Source: Squalus acanthias
Lineage: Eukaryota
Assembly (NCBI GenBank): GCA_030390025.1
Contig: CM059434.1
Span: 104,780,001 to 104,844,000, forward strand
DNA: 64,000 bases
Direction: 5' to 3'
Below, piece by piece: positions 51,466 through 62,815 of this stretch (position 1 is its first letter; every line of letters starts with the position of its first letter). Under the pieces are notes generated by a model that did not search any database, was not told the DNA's origin, and saw nothing but the letters and a program-made list of their open reading frames with translations. Position numbers and translations under genes: made by a program.

Positions 51466-52259
51466 TACTCTGAATTTTTTAATCTCCTATTTCAAACATT
51501 TATACCAAACCAAAATTGTACATTATCAGTTTAATCAAAGTATTTTCTGTGTCTTTCTCAATAAATAGCTTCCGGCAATTTTTATACATCATTACATAAC
51601 TCGTGTTTCTAGTAACACTCCACTAAACGTTTAAGAGGAAATCTATATTTACATTATTCCTGGGACTTGTTCGGACTATAGAACGACAGACAAAATAAAA
51701 TAGTTTGTGTTTTTCCCCTTTTATGGTTCTCTTTCTAAACGTCTTAATGATACTTTTTATTGACTTAAAAAAAAATATGTAACTCCTACAAATCCTCCTG
51801 CCCGCCCCCTCCTCAACAGTATGGTTGCATGTTTGTGTAAAGCTCCTCACTTCAATTGATCGCTCAAAATCAATATTTTGAGAAATTTCAATTTTAAAAT
51901 GTTTTAAGCATTTCAGACCCTCTTTAAAAATGTTTGGACATCGAGACCTGGTTGAAATTGTTTAGATGTTTCTACCAAAATCATATTCGAAACTTAGGGG
52001 GGAAAAAAGTGTTTTTAACACTAATTTTTTGTGAAAAGTTCATTAAAAATCTTTAAATTCTTTCAAGTCTCGTTGCAGCTTTGACAGAAGTTGCTCCAGC
52101 TTTCTCTTTCCCTCTTCAATGCTGTCATTAAACATACAACAGAAAAATAATAAAATAAATTCTAATTCCAAACGGAGCTCAAATAAGAAAGTAAATAAAG
52201 TGGTTAAACTTCCTAAGCATGCGGTGAGGTTATCTACCCCCAGTCTTGGCGATGAGTTG

Positions 52260-52337
52260 GGATCTCTCCCCCCCCCATTTCTCTTTCTCCCCAGTCTCTT
52301 TCTCTCTCTCTCTCCCCCCGTCTCTCTCTCTCTTCCC

Positions 52338-52374
<37 letters not shown>

Positions 52375-53290
52375 CATCTCTCTCTCTCTCTTCCCCAGTC
52401 TCTCTCTCTTCCCCAGTCTCTCTCCCTCTCCCCAAGTCTCTCTCTCTCCCAGACTCTCTCTCTCCCCCGTCTCTCTCTCCCCCCAGTCTCTCTCTCTCTC
52501 CCAGACTCTCTCTCCCCCGTCTCTCTCTCCCCCCGTCTCTCTCTCCCCCAGTCTCTCTCTCTCCCAGTCTCTCTCTGCCCCTAGTCTCTCTCTCTCTTCC
52601 CCAGTCTCTCTCTCTCTTCCCCAGTCTCTCTCCCTCTCCCCAAGTCTCTCTCTCTCCCAGACTCTCTCTCTCCCCCGTCTCTCTCTCCCCCCAGTCTCTC
52701 TCTCTCTCCCAGACTCTCTCTCCCCCGTCTCTCTCTCCCCCCAGTCTCTCTCTCCCCCAGTCTCTCTCTCTCCCAGTCTCTCTCTGCCCCTAGTCTCTCT
52801 CTCTCTTCCCCAGTCTCTCTCTCTCTTCCCCAGTCTCCCTCTCTCTCCCTAGTCTCTCTCTCCCAGTCTCTCTCTCCCCCCAGTCTCTCTCTCTCCCAGT
52901 CTCTCTCTCTCCCCCCAGTCTCTCTCTCTCCCAGTCTCTCTCTCTCCCAGTCTCTCTCTCCCCCCAGTCTCTCTCTCTCTCCCAGTCGCTCTCTCCCCCA
53001 TCTCTCTCTCCCCCATCTCTCTCTCCCCACAGTCTCTCTCCCCCAGTCTCTCTCTCCCCCAGTCTCTCTCTCTCTTCCCCAGTCTCTCTCTCTCTCCCCA
53101 TCTCTCTGTCTCTCCCCATCTCTCTCTCTTCCAGTCTCTCTCTTCCCCAGTCTCTCTCTCTCTCTTCCCTGTCCCTCTCTCTCTCATCCCCAGTCTCTCT
53201 CTTTCTCTCCCAGTCGCTCTCTCTCCCCCTCAGTCTCTCTCTCTCTCCCAGTCTCTCTCTCCCCCCAGTCTTTCTCTCTCTTCCCCCACT
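52260..53290. repeat. About 1-kb CT-rich compound satellite (CCCCAGTCTCTCTCT units)
   Basis: Almost pure pyrimidine + strand; 209-bp higher-order duplication. Confidence 0.97.
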
Positions 53291-53299
53291 CTCTCGCTC

Positions 53300-53740
53300 C
53301 CCTTTTGATCCTCGATCTTCCCCCCACCAGCCAACAACGGATCCCCTGACGTCCACACGAAAACGTGGCCCAACTGGATACTGCACATGCGCGGCTCCGG
53401 TATACCAAGCGCAGGCACAGAAGGCTGCAAAGGCAAATAATCACACAGCGGGGGGGGATCTCCCGCTGTCCGGCTGAAAGGTCAAAGTTCAAGGGAAAAA
53501 ACCAAACCGCTCCCGGCGTTACACAGCAGCCCATCAACCATCAGAACACACACTTCAAGAGCTGCAATTGGCTCTGAGGTCGCAAGCCTCGCAAGCGTCT
53601 CTGTCTGGATTCCCGGGGCCATTGTGTACTGGGCCCCTCCCCCGCCCCAGCTGCTGTCCAGTTCTCTGCGCGGCTTTTCAAATCAAGTGCGCGGGAGCTC
53701 TGGGATTAGTGCCCGCGCTCGCAGCCGCGTACCTTAGAGG
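53300..53740. promoter_or_regulatory. CpG-rich island, possible promoter
   Basis: Locally dense CpGs, no TIRs recognised, NRF1-like TGCACATGCGCG near 53382. Confidence 0.35.
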
Positions 53741-56127
53741 GAACAGTGGTGTGGAGGGGACAGAAGAGAGGTGTTTATGAACCCACGGGTTATCCTGGTC
53801 CTCCAAGATGATCCTGGAGCTGTGTGCGGTTTTGGCAGAGGAGAGTGGGATCTGATGTGCTTGATGTGGTCCAGGAAGATCTGGCAATGGCCGGCGAAAC
53901 TAGCTTTGCGGCAAATTCACTCAAGGCCGCTAACCAGTTGAATTTTTACTATAATTGGGCTGATTTCATGGTCAATTTTTCTGATGCCAGCTCGCAAATT
54001 AACAGATTTATGAAATTCAATTTCACAGCGTGCCTTGGATTTGACTCCACGAATTCTGGATTGCTGGTGCAGCACCATAACTATTACACAATGACATCCC
54101 CAAGTGAGCTTATTGTAATAATATAAAATTAGAGAAATACATTATTTGATGTATTTCCTGTCATTTTGCCATAGCAACGTTGAATACCAGAGACACCTGC
54201 TCATCCCTGGTAATTAGCTCTGCAATGGGAATTGCAGGGACCATTTCGAATTTAAATGGTCCAAAATGCCGATGCAATTGCTTGCTGAACAATCGATTGC
54301 CTCGGCCTTGGTGCCAGTTGTTTTGGTGGATTTCTACTGGCAGCACTGAGATGGCTGACACTGCTAGTCTCTTCCCCCATGCGAGACAGGCTACTCAGCA
54401 AAGACCAGGCAGCCCGCCACACTTGTGTAGCTGCCCCCAAGGCTGCAAAGTCGGCCGGGGTCAGAGCTACATCTTTATGGTAGGGGCTCCAATTCCACTA
54501 AAGTGAAAGATCTCAGCTTGTACCTGCAGAGTGCGAGCATTACTGGTGAGCTTCTTGGAGTCACTCCAAATATAAATGTAAACACAGTGCTGTCATTTTA
54601 ATGGTTCCTGTCTGGCTAGTGGAACTAGCTGGATACATTTCTTCATGACACAGAAGGTCATACACTGAAGCAATAGATGCTGTCTATCAAGTGAAGCAGT
54701 TGGACATCACGTTCCATTCCTTTTCATCTGGCCGATTCAACCTCTTAGAAAAGCTATCTAAGACTCAGCAGCTAAAGCTCTCTCCCCTCCATTGCAAAAG
54801 TTACAGTGTGGTGAATCAAAGTATTCGGATCTGGATGTGTAAGACTAAAGAAACAGGACAGATCTTTTATATTTTAAGGCTCTCAAGCAGTCTGCAATAC
54901 TACTTTTAACTTTCTAATGTTTAGAAAAGAGCCGATGGCAGTCAGAACCTTTCCAAAATGAGAAAGAGTCATCAGCTGTTGCACAGAGGTCTGCATTGTC
55001 GTACATGTAAATAGAGCTCGGGTTTAACCCTCCTACAGTATGGCCCTGGTATTTATGGGAAGGCGGGGAGAGAGCGGGGGTGTGACCCATTTTTAAGAAT
55101 TTAACCCCCGCTCCCACCCATCTTGGTTAAATTTCCCCCATTAGTCTATTGTTCTTCAATTATTTGGACTTTCAAAAAGCTGCCCAGCATTCTTTACCAA
55201 ACAGTTTACACTGTACTCATGCTATGAGTGACAACATTGACGCCAACTTTGCATGAACGCATATGAGTTCAATTCTTTTGATGCCATCTGCCAAGATAGC
55301 ACGTGTGCAATGGGCAATCGGGGATTGCAGAATTGAGAGAGTAAAAATCAGGTGGCATGGGTCTACGCCATAATATAGAGGTGAAAAATCTATCTTATTG
55401 TTACTAAAGATCTCCTGCTTATAGATCATTTTAAAATTCAGGACCTGTCCTCCTTACTTGGGTGCTGGGACATCTGTTCCAGAATGTGCCTCCTTTTAAG
55501 TTAATCCTTTCTCTGCTGTTATTGTTTTTGTATTCTCTTGCAGATACATATAAATAAACAAAGATTCAATAGTCTTCAATTATTTAATACACTATAAATA
55601 AACAGGCAAAGCAAGGTTTCACTTGTCACACTAGCACTGCAATGTACTGCTGACGTATATCGAATGGGTAGCAATTGCAATGCAGAAATCAGCGCACTTA
55701 ACAACCGGCCACTTGGTAATTTTAAAAAAACCTCTTCCCCCAGTACCATGGCCCCACTTACAATGTTGAGCGGCATTTATACTGCAAGCTTAGCATTGCC
55801 GCAAAGTGCTTTCCACTTCCCACCAATGTTAAACTTGCAGTGTAATTTTGGTATCCGTGTCTGACCTGACTGGGCACTTTTTAAACCTTACCTGCCCTTA
55901 ATTTAAATGTTTGGAGAACAGGCACTCTCCCCTCCGCGCTCCCAAAACATTTACATTTTAACTGTTTTGAAATGAAAAGCAGGCAGGTTCAATAACGGGT
56001 GGGCAATCTGCTCTGCCAGTTTACCACCCAAGCGGTGAAGGTGAAAATTACCCCCTTTATTTTAATGCATATGTCAAGTTACAAAAAAGTTAACACAGCC
56101 CGCAAAAGACTGACAACTCAAAAACTT

Positions 56128-56860
56128 TTCTTCTTCTTCTTAGGCAGTCCCTCGGAACCGAGGATGACTTGCTTCCACACTAAAAATGAGTTCTCAGGTG
56201 ACTGATGAGTCCAATGCGGGACCTACAGTCTCTGTCACAGGTGGGGCAGACGGTGCTTGAAGGGGCGGGTGGGTGGGGTGCTTGGGTTGACGTGCGCTCC
56301 TTCCGCTGTTTGCGCTTGGCTTCCGCTTGCTCCCGGCGAAGAGACTTGAGGTGTTCGGCGCCTTCCCAGATGCTTCTCCTCCACTTTGTGCAGTCTTGGG
56401 CCTGGGATTCCCAGGTGTCGGTGGGGATGTTGCACTTTTTCAAGGAGGCTTTGAGGGTGTCCTTGAAGCATTTCCTCTGCCCACCTGGGGCCCCCTTGCT
56501 GTGTCGGAGCTCCGAGTAGAGCGCTTGTTTTGGGAGTCTCGTATCGGGCATGCGGACGATGTGGCCCGTCCATCGGAGCTGATCGAGCGTGGTCAAAGCT
56601 TCGATGCTGGGGATGTTGGCCTGAGCGAGAACACTGACGTTGGTGCGCCTATCCTGCCAATGGATTTGCAGGATCTTGCGGAGGCAGCATTGGTGGTACC
56701 TCTACAGTGCTTTGAGGTGCCTGCTGTACATGGTCCTTGTCTCTGAAGCATACAGCAGGGCGGGTATCACTACTGCTCTGTAGACCATGAGCTTGGTGCT
56801 GGGTTTGAGGTCCTGGTCTTCAAACACTCTCTTCCTCAGGCGACTGAAGGCTGCACTGCA
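56128..56860 (-). mobile_element. RTE-clade LINE 3' fragment
   Basis: LRWTGHIVRMPDTRLPKQALYSEL..GGQRKCFKDTLK..CPTC..RIGLISHLRTH; (GAA)n tail on the minus strand. Confidence 0.92.
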
Positions 56861-57289
56861 ATGTACAACTGAAAGACAACCCTGAATAAAGGTCAATGAT
56901 CAAGGCCACTACTTCAAGGTCAATAAATAAGATAAATTCCTTTTTATTTCATTGCATTTCAGGATTTTTATTAGTGTTTTAGGATCATATTCTGTAATTC
57001 AGTTTGCTTTTCTGTTAAATGTTGCTTTTCATTCACCCCAAACTATCCCTTACTTTACCCACCATTACTCAGTATCAGCTAAGTCCTCCGCATGGATTGG
57101 ATGGATAACAATTTAAAGCTGGCAAACAACTCTAGCTAGGCAGGGAATATGAAGAGATGTACCTAGGTAAAGCATAGTTACCAGACATCCACCTTTGAAA
57201 GGTGTTAGTGGCTTCCTTTACCTCGGCTGACTATTAGGTCATTAATCCCTTCTGTCACTGCCTGACCAAGCAATTAGCGCTAGAGTTTT

Positions 57290-57640
57290 AAAAAATTTGT
57301 TCATGAGATGTGGGCATCGCTGGCAAGGCCAGCATTTATTGCCCATCCCTAATTGCCCTTGAGAAGGTGGTGGTGAGGCGCCTTCTTGAACCGCTGCAGT
57401 CCATGTGGTGAAGGTACTCCCACAGTGCTGTTAGGGAGGGAGTTTCAGGATTTTGACCCAGCGGCGATGAAGGAATGACGGTATATTTCCAAGTCAGGAT
57501 GGTGTGTGACTTGGAGGGGAACCTGTAGGTGATGGTGTTCCCATGTGCCTGCTGCCCTTGTCCTTCTAGGTGGGAGAGGTCGCGGGTTTGGGAGGTGCTG
57601 TCGAAGAAGCCTTGGCGAGTTGCTGCAGTGCATTTTGTAG
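57290..57640 (-). mobile_element. LINE 3' end, same family as 44740-45775
   Basis: Highly similar to 44745-45095. Confidence 0.92.
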
Positions 57641-58905
57641 TTGTACTTATTAGCCTCGTAATCGTCTTCCATTACCTATGGGCAGCTCTCTTTGGGGCAC
57701 TGTAGCACTCTGTGTTAAAAAATATCAATCTCCTTTCTCTTCCCTTACTTCTCACAGCAGTATTTGAAGCGCAACATCAGGAAACCTAAAGGCTATCTGC
57801 CCTCTTGCTGATCTGGCAGCCATTCTGTCATGTCAGACCTTCCTTTCCTGATCATGAATGGTAATGATAATGCCTATCCCTTTAAGCTGTTGCAGCCTTT
57901 AAATCCTGCAGCAGTGTGCTATGTCCCACCCCCTAACTGGGACAGCTCATAATTAGAGATATTTCTAACACCAGGAGCATGCCCAAAATATTATATTGAG
58001 GCTGGACGTGGCAATTCCAGCAGGGTCAGTGCCCGTCACAATGGGCAATACGAACCACGACTGTCTCACTTCCGGTTGGGCTCGCACTTGATCAGAAAAT
58101 CCAGCTTCCATGCCTTGGTTCATGTATGAAGATAGGCCACTTGGGCACTCGTGTACCTCAGCATGGAGTCAGCACCTTCAAGAGAGAAGAAGGGGAGGGG
58201 AGTAAACTTAGGGAAAAGAAGTAGAAAAGAATAAATAAAATACATATAAATAAGTAAAAAGAGCTGGTAATTGAGACAGGATTTCAATGCCACTCTCTTT
58301 CTTACTTGGGAATTCAGTGTTCCAGTACTGTGCTGACCAGGCTGTTCCCTACTTAGTAGGTTTCACTTGTAACTGTTAAATAAGAGGCAAGGGGCTTTAC
58401 ATATTCTTTAACCACTAAGTGTTAAAGTTGTAGCATTCAGTATGCCAGAATTTAGAATTCCTGCAGTTAGTAGCATTGGTCCAAATATTTTCTTCAGTTA
58501 ACTGGCAGCAATGTTATATTTTTTCTGTACTCGGATTGAATTCTAAGGGGGAAAAATTAGGTTGCACCCCATTTGGGGCGCAAATATCGTCTGGACGCAA
58601 ATATTAGCGCCTGGCGCTAATTATCGCCACTGACTGGAAACTTCACTTTTACCGCCCCAGGAGGTGAGTGGAGCGCTAAATCAGGCGCTGCACACCTGTC
58701 TTAAGGCGCAAAGGCCGAGCACTGAGGCGCTAACTCAGAGCGCGAGCGCAGCGCAGGTGCTGCCAGTTAGCGAGGGAACACAGACACACTGGCGCCGGCC
58801 AGTTCTTAAAGCGGGGGGGGCCAACTTGCTCCCCAGCCACACCCTGCTCATTGCAGCCTTGAATCTCGGCCTGGAGAGACCTGTGAATCCATTTTGCTGC
58901 CAAGG

Positions 58906-60725
58906 ATGGAGAGGGTGAGAGAACGAGCTCATCGCTTCACCGAGCGGGCCTTGGATGCTCTGGTTGGCGCGGTGGAGCGCAGAAGATGTATACTCTTCCC
59001 TGAGAGTGGCAGGAGGCCTTTGCCACGCGAGTACAGAAGAGTGTGGAGGGAGGTGGCTCAGAGCGTCTCCTCCAGGAGCATGGTGCTCAGGACCCATGTT
59101 CAATGCCGCAAAAAGTTCAACGACCTCACTCGGGTCGTCAGGGTGAGTGGCTTTTTCTCAATACCTCTCCATCCCTCCATCTCAACCTCACTCTATGGCC
59201 AGAGGGTCTTAAAACCCCAATGCACAACACTCATCCAACACCTATGGCCCTTTCATGAAACACACACACACATTCCACACTTTGCATACAGTAAGGGCTA
59301 TTCACCTATGGGAGGCACATCAGGCAAGACCATGGCTGCATATAGTAAGGGCTATTCACCTATGGGAGGCACATCAGGCAAGACCATGGCTGTATATTTA
59401 CTCAAATGCTGTCCTTTTTCTTACAGGCCAAGCTGGCGCATAATCGGAGACAGCAGCAACGGACAGGTGGAGGGCGGCCTCAGCTGCAACCCCTCAGCGA
59501 TCTTGAGGAGCGCGTCCACAGGATTGTGGCAAGCCGGGTGATCGGTCCCGTCGCCACTGGAGACGCCGACCCCGTTCTGGACAGCAATGGTAAGGTCATC
59601 ACCTTTTTGTCCTCTGTCCTTCCACTTGTCCCACACAACACCAGCCTTTGACACTTTCAATCCAACTTGCTAACTCGCTGCACTTATTCCTCCCTTACTG
59701 CCACCCTGTCCTCACGCTAAAGCCACTCTTGTACCTCCCTGCTTTCAGATGGTGATTAACCAGCTGAGGAGACGGGCCCTAAAGCTGCCACTGGGAGTGA
59801 AGCTGCAGCCGAGGAGGAAGAGGAAGTCGGAGCATCAGTGCCACCCTCTCCCGAGGAAGCCCATGCCCACACTGGGAACACGCCTTCCCTGGAGGGAAGC
59901 AGGGGGGAAGGGTCTGATGAGGATGAAGCTCCAGGACCCAGCGGGCTGCAGCAACGCCATGGGGGTAGGGAAGAACGGGGGCCTTCTCCCCAGAGGGAGA
60001 GTATGCCAGAGACTCCTACTGCAATGGACGCAGAGGAGGAGCGGCTGATCGCAGAAATGAACACCCAGGCGGTGGGCATGCACACTGAGCTCATGGGTGC
60101 AGTGGGAAGGGTGCCCGAATGCATTGAGTCACTGGCAAGGAGTGTGGAGCACTTCGCTGTAGCACAGGCGGATGCCACACTAACGCTTAGTGCTGCAATT
60201 CAGTCACTGGCTGCCGTGATCCCATCTCTGACTGCTCTCATGCAGACTCAGATTGAGGCCACGCGAGCACAGACTGCTGCCAACCTCGATGGTTCGTTCA
60301 CATGTCCCCGGGGCTCTCACCGCGCCGCAGCAGGCCAGCAATCTGTTCTCCAGCAGATTGCTCCGGATGCTGAAGTGCTGCCCCGTGGGAGTGCCAGTGT
60401 GTCGGGCGAGCAGGGAGTTGCTGTCCTCTCTCACGATGACAGCATTCCTGCTGCCAACACTGTCACTTCTCCACTGCACTTGCCACCGCCTGTAGGACAG
60501 ACTGCTGCCGCCCATGCAGAGTTGGTGCAGTCTGCAGCCGTGCCCTCCAGGCCCAGAACTGGTCGAGGCCGTCCTTCAGGGGCATCTGCAGTGTCAGGGT
60601 CTGACGATCAGCAGCCTTCCACCAGCCTTGCTGCAGCCACTGAGGTCCCATTACGGAGGAGCAGTAGGGTTAGAAGGGGGGAAGTGCGCAAGGGAAGGAG
60701 ATCATCCTCGAAGGGCAAAAAGTAG
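58906..60725 (+). CDS. Harbinger Myb/SANT-like DNA-binding protein; predicted exons 58906-59142, 59427-59589 and 59749 (or 59764)-60725
   Basis: RFTERALDALV..WREVAQSVS..RTHVQCRKKFNDL; GT-AG sites with compatible phases 0 and 1; basic NLS-like C-terminus; in-frame TAA at 59757 if the first acceptor is used. Confidence 0.85.
59283..59390. repeat. 54-bp tandem duplication in Myb intron 1
   Basis: Two copies of TGCATA(C/T)AGTAAGGGCTATTCACCTATGGGAGGCACATCAGGCAAGACCATGGC. Confidence 0.95.
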
Positions 60726-60944
60726 GAGGTGTGACAAAATGCTGGTCATTTTTTTATTAAAGGCTGAGGTTCATGGTCCAACTTTTGTTTAGTGTTTTGG
60801 ACATTATCTCCAGGTTGTGAGAACATGTTATTGACTGTTTTTTTGTGTTTATTTCTATGAGTTTGTCATGAGGAATTGACACACACAGAGTTTGTAAAAT
60901 AAATAAGTTTCTGTATTCAAAATATACATGGTTGGTGTTTGGAA

Positions 60945-62177
60945 TTATTGGTGCCTTGGCCGGCTTAGGGGTTGCGTGCTGGGTTCATTGATGTTGTTAG
61001 CAATGGCAGAAGCCATTTCCACAGCAGGGGCTATCAGCCGTTGACGGACGGCCCTTGCAGTTTCACCATTGTGGGCCGCCCTCCCGCCTTGGTGCTGCTG
61101 ATGATCATCCTCCTCGTCCTCTTCCTCCTCTTCCTCCTCCTCCTCTGGTGGTGCTCCAAGGCCTGGTGGCATTGGCTGGGTCCTGACGATTGCCATGTTA
61201 TGCAACATGCAGCACACAACTACGAAGTTGGATACTCGCTCAGGCGAGTACTGCAGGGCTCCTCTAGAATGGTCGAGACAGCGGAACCGTTGCTTCAGCA
61301 CGCCGATTGTGCGCTCAATGATGTTCCTGGTAGCTTGATGGCTCTCATTGTACCGCAGCTCAGCAGGGGTGTTGGGCGTACGGAGCGGTGTCATCAGCCA
61401 GGTGCTCAATGGATACCCCTTGTCCCCGAGAAGCCAACCAACTGGCTGATGCGGTGCCTCGAAAAGTTCTGCCACAGTAGTCTGGCGCAGGATGAAAGCA
61501 TCGTGGCAGCTGCCAGGATAGTGGGCATTGACAGCGAGTATCAGCTGTCTGTGGTCACAGACCAACTGAACATTCAAGGAATGGAACCCCTTTCTGTTCC
61601 GGAAATCCTCGGCATTCTCATGTGGAGCACGCAAAGCCACATGCGTGCAGTCAATGGCGCCCTGCACCATGGGGAAGCCCGCTATCCTCGCAAAGCCCAG
61701 AGCGCGGTCACGCTGCTTGCCTGGGGTCATGGGGAAAGAGATGAACTCTCGTCTCCTTTTAAAGAGGGCATTTGTGACCTGCCGGATGCAGCAATGCACC
61801 GCGAACTGGGAGATATTGGCGAGGTCCCCAGCAGCAGCTTGAAATGAGCCAGTAGCATAGAAGTTGAGAGCCACTGTGACCTTCACTGCCACCGACAGAG
61901 ACGTCCTGGACCTCAGTTGAGGCTGCAGATCTGGCTGCAGCAGGTGGCAGAGCTCAGTGACCACCTCCTTGCTGAATCGCAGCCTTCGCAAACACAGCTC
62001 CTCAGACATATGAATGTAGGAGAGCTGTTCATGATATACCCTGGGAGGGTAAGCTCTCCTGTACAGACGCCTATTGGCCCTCCTCCGTCTGGCCATCATT
62101 GCCACTCTCTCTCTGCGTCTCTGTGTCCTCCGATTCAGCTGGAGCAGGACGACGCCCCCAATCAGTGCAGCCCCCAT
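60945..62177 (-). CDS. Harbinger (HARBI1-family, DDE_Tnp_4) transposase, uninterrupted, about 410 aa
   Basis: From ATG 62177 (MGAALIG): VALNFYATGSFQ, GAIDCTHV, NRKGFHSLNVQLVCD, YPGSCHDAFI, LLGDKGYP, RNIIERTIGVLKQRFRCL, CCMLHN. Confidence 0.95.
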   Translation of the reverse strand: MGAALIGGVVLLQLNRRTQRRRERVAMMARRRRANRRLYRRAYPPRVYHEQLSYIHMSEELCLRRLRFSKEVVTELCHLLQPDLQPQLRSRTSLSVAVKVTVALNFYATGSFQAAAGDLANISQFAVHCCIRQVTNALFKRRREFISFPMTPGKQRDRALGFARIAGFPMVQGAIDCTHVALRAPHENAEDFRNRKGFHSLNVQLVCDHRQLILAVNAHYPGSCHDAFILRQTTVAELFEAPHQPVGWLLGDKGYPLSTWLMTPLRTPNTPAELRYNESHQATRNIIERTIGVLKQRFRCLDHSRGALQYSPERVSNFVVVCCMLHNMAIVRTQPMPPGLGAPPEEEEEEEEEDEEDDHQQHQGGRAAHNGETARAVRQRLIAPAVEMASAIANNINEPSTQPLSRPRHQ

Positions 62178-62815
62178 AGTCTCTTTGCAAGCAAAGTAAT
62201 GAAGGACAGCAACCAAAGTACTAGCGAAGTTAGGATCAGTAGGCAAAACTACCTCACAAAGCGTTGAGTCAATGCAGAAGTCTCTCTTTCTCTCTCTCCG
62301 AATCTCTCTCTCTCTCTCAGAACGAGTGGTGCATAAATGTCAACCACAGAAAAAGACAGGAAGAGGCCCCCTTTAAGTAGCGCCCCCCCCAGCCCCACAG
62401 CGATTGATAGCGTTCCAGTCTTCCGGTCGTTGGATGCGCCAGGCGGTAAGGCAGGGGGCGCCACTCAATTTCCGCTCCGGGGCACCACAAGGGCGTTGCA
62501 CCATGGAATGACGTCACAATCTGCGCGCGCAGGTGGTCGCAGCGGTAAAGTTTAGCGCCGCCGCACAATGTCTAGTTAAGTTCCCGAGCAGCGCAAACAT
62601 CGCTGCGCCCGGGCGTTAGCGGCTTTGCGCCCCATTAGCGCCCTCTTAAGGCGCTAACGGGAGGCGCAACCAACTGAATTTTTACCCCTAAATGTTTTAG
62701 TGTTATTAATTTGGACAGATGCTATTTTAACCGGACTGTGGGCACATCACAGAATTACCCCTTTCCTGCCTACGAAAGTCTCAATTATGACTGACAAGTA
62801 CCCACCACATATAAT

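Larger units (their letters stand above)
58547..62688. mobile_element. Full-length PIF/Harbinger DNA transposon (4142 bp)
   Basis: TAA TSD (58544-58546 / 62689-62691), TIRs GGGGGAAAAATT.GTTG / CAAC..AATTTTTACCCC, convergent Myb and transposase genes. Confidence 0.97.

Noticed and set aside
52043-53537. Long ER-rich and SL-rich ORFs
   Set aside because: They are translations of the CT/AG satellite.
60972-61847. 291-aa + strand ORF (likewise the antisense ORFs at 29707-30288 and 31242-31979)
   Set aside because: Antisense shadows of real transposon coding frames, with no recognisable motifs.
60945-62246. Calling this the host gene HARBI1, or using the longer 433-aa start
   Set aside because: It lies within TIRs and a TSD with a Myb partner, so it is a transposon. 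The upstream start is not ATG, while the ATG at 62177 is also retained in the deletion derivative.
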